DNA from: a candidate division WOR-3 bacterium 4484_18
GTDB lineage: Bacteria > Hydrothermota > UBA3073 > NMUJ01
Reading direction: 5' to 3'
DNA length: 64,000 nt
Assembly: GCA_002256535.1 (NCBI GenBank)
Contig: NMUJ01000007.1
Coordinates: 3,648-67,647 of the forward strand
Part shown: piece by piece, positions 61,351 through 64,000 of the stretch
How positions within the stretch are numbered: position 1 is the stretch's first letter
Layout of the letters: each line of letters starts with the position of its first letter
Program-made: the position numbers and the translations under genes
The notes under the pieces: model-generated
Databases searched by the model: none
Told to the model about the DNA's origin: nothing
The model's input: only the letters and a program-made list of their open reading frames with translations

Positions 61351-62940
61351 ATGCGTGCCATCTGGAGGGGAACAATAACGTTTGCCTTAGTTAATATACC
61401 TGTTAAACTCTACACTGCTGTACATAGTCGTGCAATATCGTTCAAAAGCCTATGTCCGGATTGCCGTTCACCCTTAAGATACAAAAAGTGGTGTGATCAC
61501 TGTAATAAAGAAGTCCACAAGCCGCTCAAGGGGTACGAAATCTCCAAAGGTGAATACGTTATCGTTGAAGATACTGATTTCGAAAGTGTAAAGATAAAGT
61601 CCACCCATATGATAGAAATTATGGAGTTTGTCCCACGTGAGTTGTTATCAATGATTTTCCACGAGAAGTCATTTTATATCGCACCTGACGGCGAATCTGC
61701 CAAGGTTTACTCCGTATTTTATCATGCATTAAGGGAACTCAACCGCATAGCGATTGGTAGGTTCACTTTCCACAATCGTGAATACATAGTGGCTATAGAA
61801 GCTGGTGATAACTGCCTATACTTACATTTTGTGTATTATCCAATGGAGGTGAAGCCCTCCATGGGCATTACAGAGGTCATATCACTACCGAGCCCAAATT
61901 CTGAAGAATTAGCACTTGCAAAAGAGCTCATCACTCGACTTACCAAAGAAAAGCTCGATCTCACCAAATTCAAAGATCGCTACACAGAGGGATTGCTTAA
62001 AATAATCAAATCCAAAGCCAAGGGTGAACGTTTGTTAGAAAGTAACGACTATCTTTTTGAACCCAAGCTCGACGGCATACGAGCGATTATCGAGAAATGT
62101 GGCACCTCGATTAATATAATTAACCGCCGTGGTAATACTGTCACATACAAATATCCTGAAATTGCCAGGGATATTGACTTACATGGAGATACGGCCGTAC
62201 TTGATGGTGAAATCGTAATCGTAGAGGGTGGCAGACCTAACTTCTATAGGATCGAGGAGCGTGAACTTATCTCCGATCCCCTAAGGATAGAGGTATTATC
62301 GGAACTCCACCCAGCTACTTACTATGTGTTCGATATCCTTTATGCCAACGATGAATCACTCCTATGTAAGCCACTTGAGGAACGTAAGGAGTTACTCAAA
62401 ATCATCGTCCAACCCCACCCCCGTGTTGATCTATGTCTATATACAGAGGATGGTAAAGCGCTCTTCAATTCCATAAAATCGTTCAATCTTGAAGGAGTAA
62501 TAGCCAAATTGAAAGGCAGCCCATACGAACCCGGTAAACGCTCACGGTGCTGGTTAAAAATCAAGAATTATAAAACAATCGATGCCATCATCTGTGGTTA
62601 TACGTATGGTAAAGGTATACGTAGCCCATATTTTGGTGCACTTGTGCTCGGCTTATATAAAGGGAGTAAACTGGTGTATATTGGTAAGGTAGGTACTGGC
62701 TGGACTGAACCCCAGCTTAAACGTTTACTTGAAATTCTAAAAACACTACAGATAAATACGCCACATTTCGATATACCCTATGAAGTTACCTGGGTACGTC
62801 CTTGTCTGGTTGCTGTGATCCAATATATCGAATGGACGCAAGACCTACGTTTACGTAACCCTTCATTTAAACGCCTGCGGTTTGATAAATCACCTGAGGA
62901 TTGTAAATTTAACGAAGCAATCACTACGGTTAAAGGATAG
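61351..62940 (+). CDS. Ku-like DNA end-binding domain fused to an ATP-dependent DNA ligase (LigD ligase-type) domain
   Basis: 529 aa. Residues 1-~250 are the Ku core (MRAIWRGTITFALVNIPVKLYTA...) with an inserted Cys4 ribbon CPDC...CDHC. Residues ~255-529 are a ligase with motif I EPKLDGIR, motif III YYVFDIL, motif IV DLEGVIAK and motif V WLKIKN. Confidence 0.75.
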   Translation: MRAIWRGTITFALVNIPVKLYTAVHSRAISFKSLCPDCRSPLRYKKWCDHCNKEVHKPLKGYEISKGEYVIVEDTDFESVKIKSTHMIEIMEFVPRELLSMIFHEKSFYIAPDGESAKVYSVFYHALRELNRIAIGRFTFHNREYIVAIEAGDNCLYLHFVYYPMEVKPSMGITEVISLPSPNSEELALAKELITRLTKEKLDLTKFKDRYTEGLLKIIKSKAKGERLLESNDYLFEPKLDGIRAIIEKCGTSINIINRRGNTVTYKYPEIARDIDLHGDTAVLDGEIVIVEGGRPNFYRIEERELISDPLRIEVLSELHPATYYVFDILYANDESLLCKPLEERKELLKIIVQPHPRVDLCLYTEDGKALFNSIKSFNLEGVIAKLKGSPYEPGKRSRCWLKIKNYKTIDAIICGYTYGKGIRSPYFGALVLGLYKGSKLVYIGKVGTGWTEPQLKRLLEILKTLQINTPHFDIPYEVTWVRPCLVAVIQYIEWTQDLRLRNPSFKRLRFDKSPEDCKFNEAITTVKG

Positions 62941-64000
62941 TTTTTCTATGTTTGCCACGGCACAGGTGCATCAGAGCCATCCCCAACGCGAAAATTATGC
63001 CCCCTATGGGTAATATATCACCATAACGTGCGTAGAAGGTTTCCCCTTTCCTTATAGGCACATTCGCTACTATCACAGCTTCTGTGAACAACTTACTCTC
63101 GTAAGGTACCTCACCGTTGGGTAACACATACATCGATATACCCGTGTTCGCACATCGGAGCACAGGTATACGAAATTCTATCGCACGTATGATCGGCATG
63201 GCAGCATGTTGATAAGGTCCCCACGAACGGCCAAACCATGCATCTTCAGTTATATTCACAAGAAGATTGGCTCCATTCAACACAAACTTACGGACTAACC
63301 TTGGGAATATCGACTCGAAGCATATCAATACAGCGATATTGTATCCATCCAAGTGAAATACTTTGAATTCACTTCCTTTCGCGAAATTACCTTGCCCAAA
63401 CCTAAATATACGCTGTAAGACAGGAAAGTATTGATCGAACGGCAACCTTTCTGCAAATGGCACCAGATAAATTTTATCATAATAGTCCATACCATTATTA
63501 GGGACCAAAAATATAGCCGAGTTGTACACCTTACCATTATCTAACCTTGTAGCCCCAAATATCAACGGCGTATTAATAGAGTCGACAAACTCCACGATAT
63601 TGTGATAATAGCTGCTATTGGTATCAAGTATAAACGGGAAGGCGGTTTCTGGCCATATGATCAGGTCTACATTCAAGTCGTTACACATATTTTTAAGCTT
63701 ATCGATACGTTCACCAAGCGGTAATCGTTTAGCGTAAGGTTCGACGTTCGGCTGTATAATCGCAACTCTAAACTTAGGTGAGTATTGTAATGCCACCTTT
63801 TTAACCCCGTACAAATATATGCACACAAACAGTGTAATTATGGGAATGATCATCCATCTACGACGCAAAAATAGAAAATAATAGAGTAGCAGGTTGACCA
63901 GCATCACTATAAAGCTTATCCCGTAAATACCCACCAGATCTGCAACCTGTACTATCCTTAGGTATGGTACAAGCGCATATCCCACGAGCCCCCACGCAAA
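62930..64000 (-). CDS. lnt: Apolipoprotein N-acyltransferase, 3' two-thirds; the N-terminus lies beyond the window end
   Basis: C-N hydrolase domain with IIQPNVEP (catalytic Glu), a Lys region and the catalytic Cys in VLICFESIFP. It is preceded by TM helices, and the ORF is still open at 64000. Confidence 0.7.
   Translation of the reverse strand, partial: FAWGLVGYALVPYLRIVQVADLVGIYGISFIVMLVNLLLYYFLFLRRRWMIIPIITLFVCIYLYGVKKVALQYSPKFRVAIIQPNVEPYAKRLPLGERIDKLKNMCNDLNVDLIIWPETAFPFILDTNSSYYHNIVEFVDSINTPLIFGATRLDNGKVYNSAIFLVPNNGMDYYDKIYLVPFAERLPFDQYFPVLQRIFRFGQGNFAKGSEFKVFHLDGYNIAVLICFESIFPRLVRKFVLNGANLLVNITEDAWFGRSWGPYQHAAMPIIRAIEFRIPVLRCANTGISMYVLPNGEVPYESKLFTEAVIVANVPIRKGETFYARYGDILPIGGIIFALGMALMHLCRGKHRKTIL

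Overview
This is a 64 kb chromosomal window from an uncultivated-looking diderm bacterium. It encodes a T9SS-type C-terminal sorting domain, a GWxTD protein, an archaeal-type FBP aldolase/phosphatase, FolE2 and a full type IVa pilus locus, which together suggest an FCB-group or candidate-phylum lineage. The sequence is roughly 43% GC with dense, mostly overlapping gene packing.

Coordinates 1-34.8 kb are almost entirely minus-strand housekeeping genes: leuS, panC, folK, efp, mlaFE, dnaB, coaBC, rpoZ, gcvT, fbp, porGD, sucC, tsaE, buk, folE2, queD, moxR, the rplT-rpmI-infC-thrS operon and tRNA-Val/tRNA-Gly. A plus-strand RNase P RNA (rnpB) and a plus-strand block carrying hutU, a GNAT gene and a nucleotide-sugar dehydrogenase sit within it. 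Coordinates 34.9-62.9 kb are mostly plus-strand and hold a glycosidase-like gene, ksgA, a large HExxH/beta-propeller protein, tal, purB and a UbiA prenyltransferase. They also hold a contiguous type IVa pilus locus (pilD, a PAS-GAF sensor, a 1426-aa multi-PAS/GAF histidine kinase, a CheY-like receiver, pilB, pilC, three prepilins, a pilM-pilN fusion, pilO, pilP, pilQ, pilT), followed by a Ku-DNA ligase fusion and the start of lnt.

No CRISPR array, IS element or prophage was recognisable. The most striking feature is that at least ten conserved genes carry internal deletions of roughly 25-340 codons, often with a frameshift: leuS, panC, udg, sucC/sucD, the por operon, tsaE, buk, purB, pilQ and probably gcvT. 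Meanwhile very long ORFs elsewhere (1426, 854, 679, 630 and 568 aa) remain intact. This points to real deletional decay or to chimeric/collapsed assembly rather than random base-calling error.

Two domain fusions also stand out: an RNase HIII-like nuclease fused to a HIT hydrolase, and Ku fused to an ATP-dependent ligase. Neither can be separated from the deletion phenomenon without raw reads. Other points worth a look are the pilB tandem N-domain duplication, the sensor-kinase module upstream of pilB, and the efp (Arg at the modification site)-degT-trmI operon.
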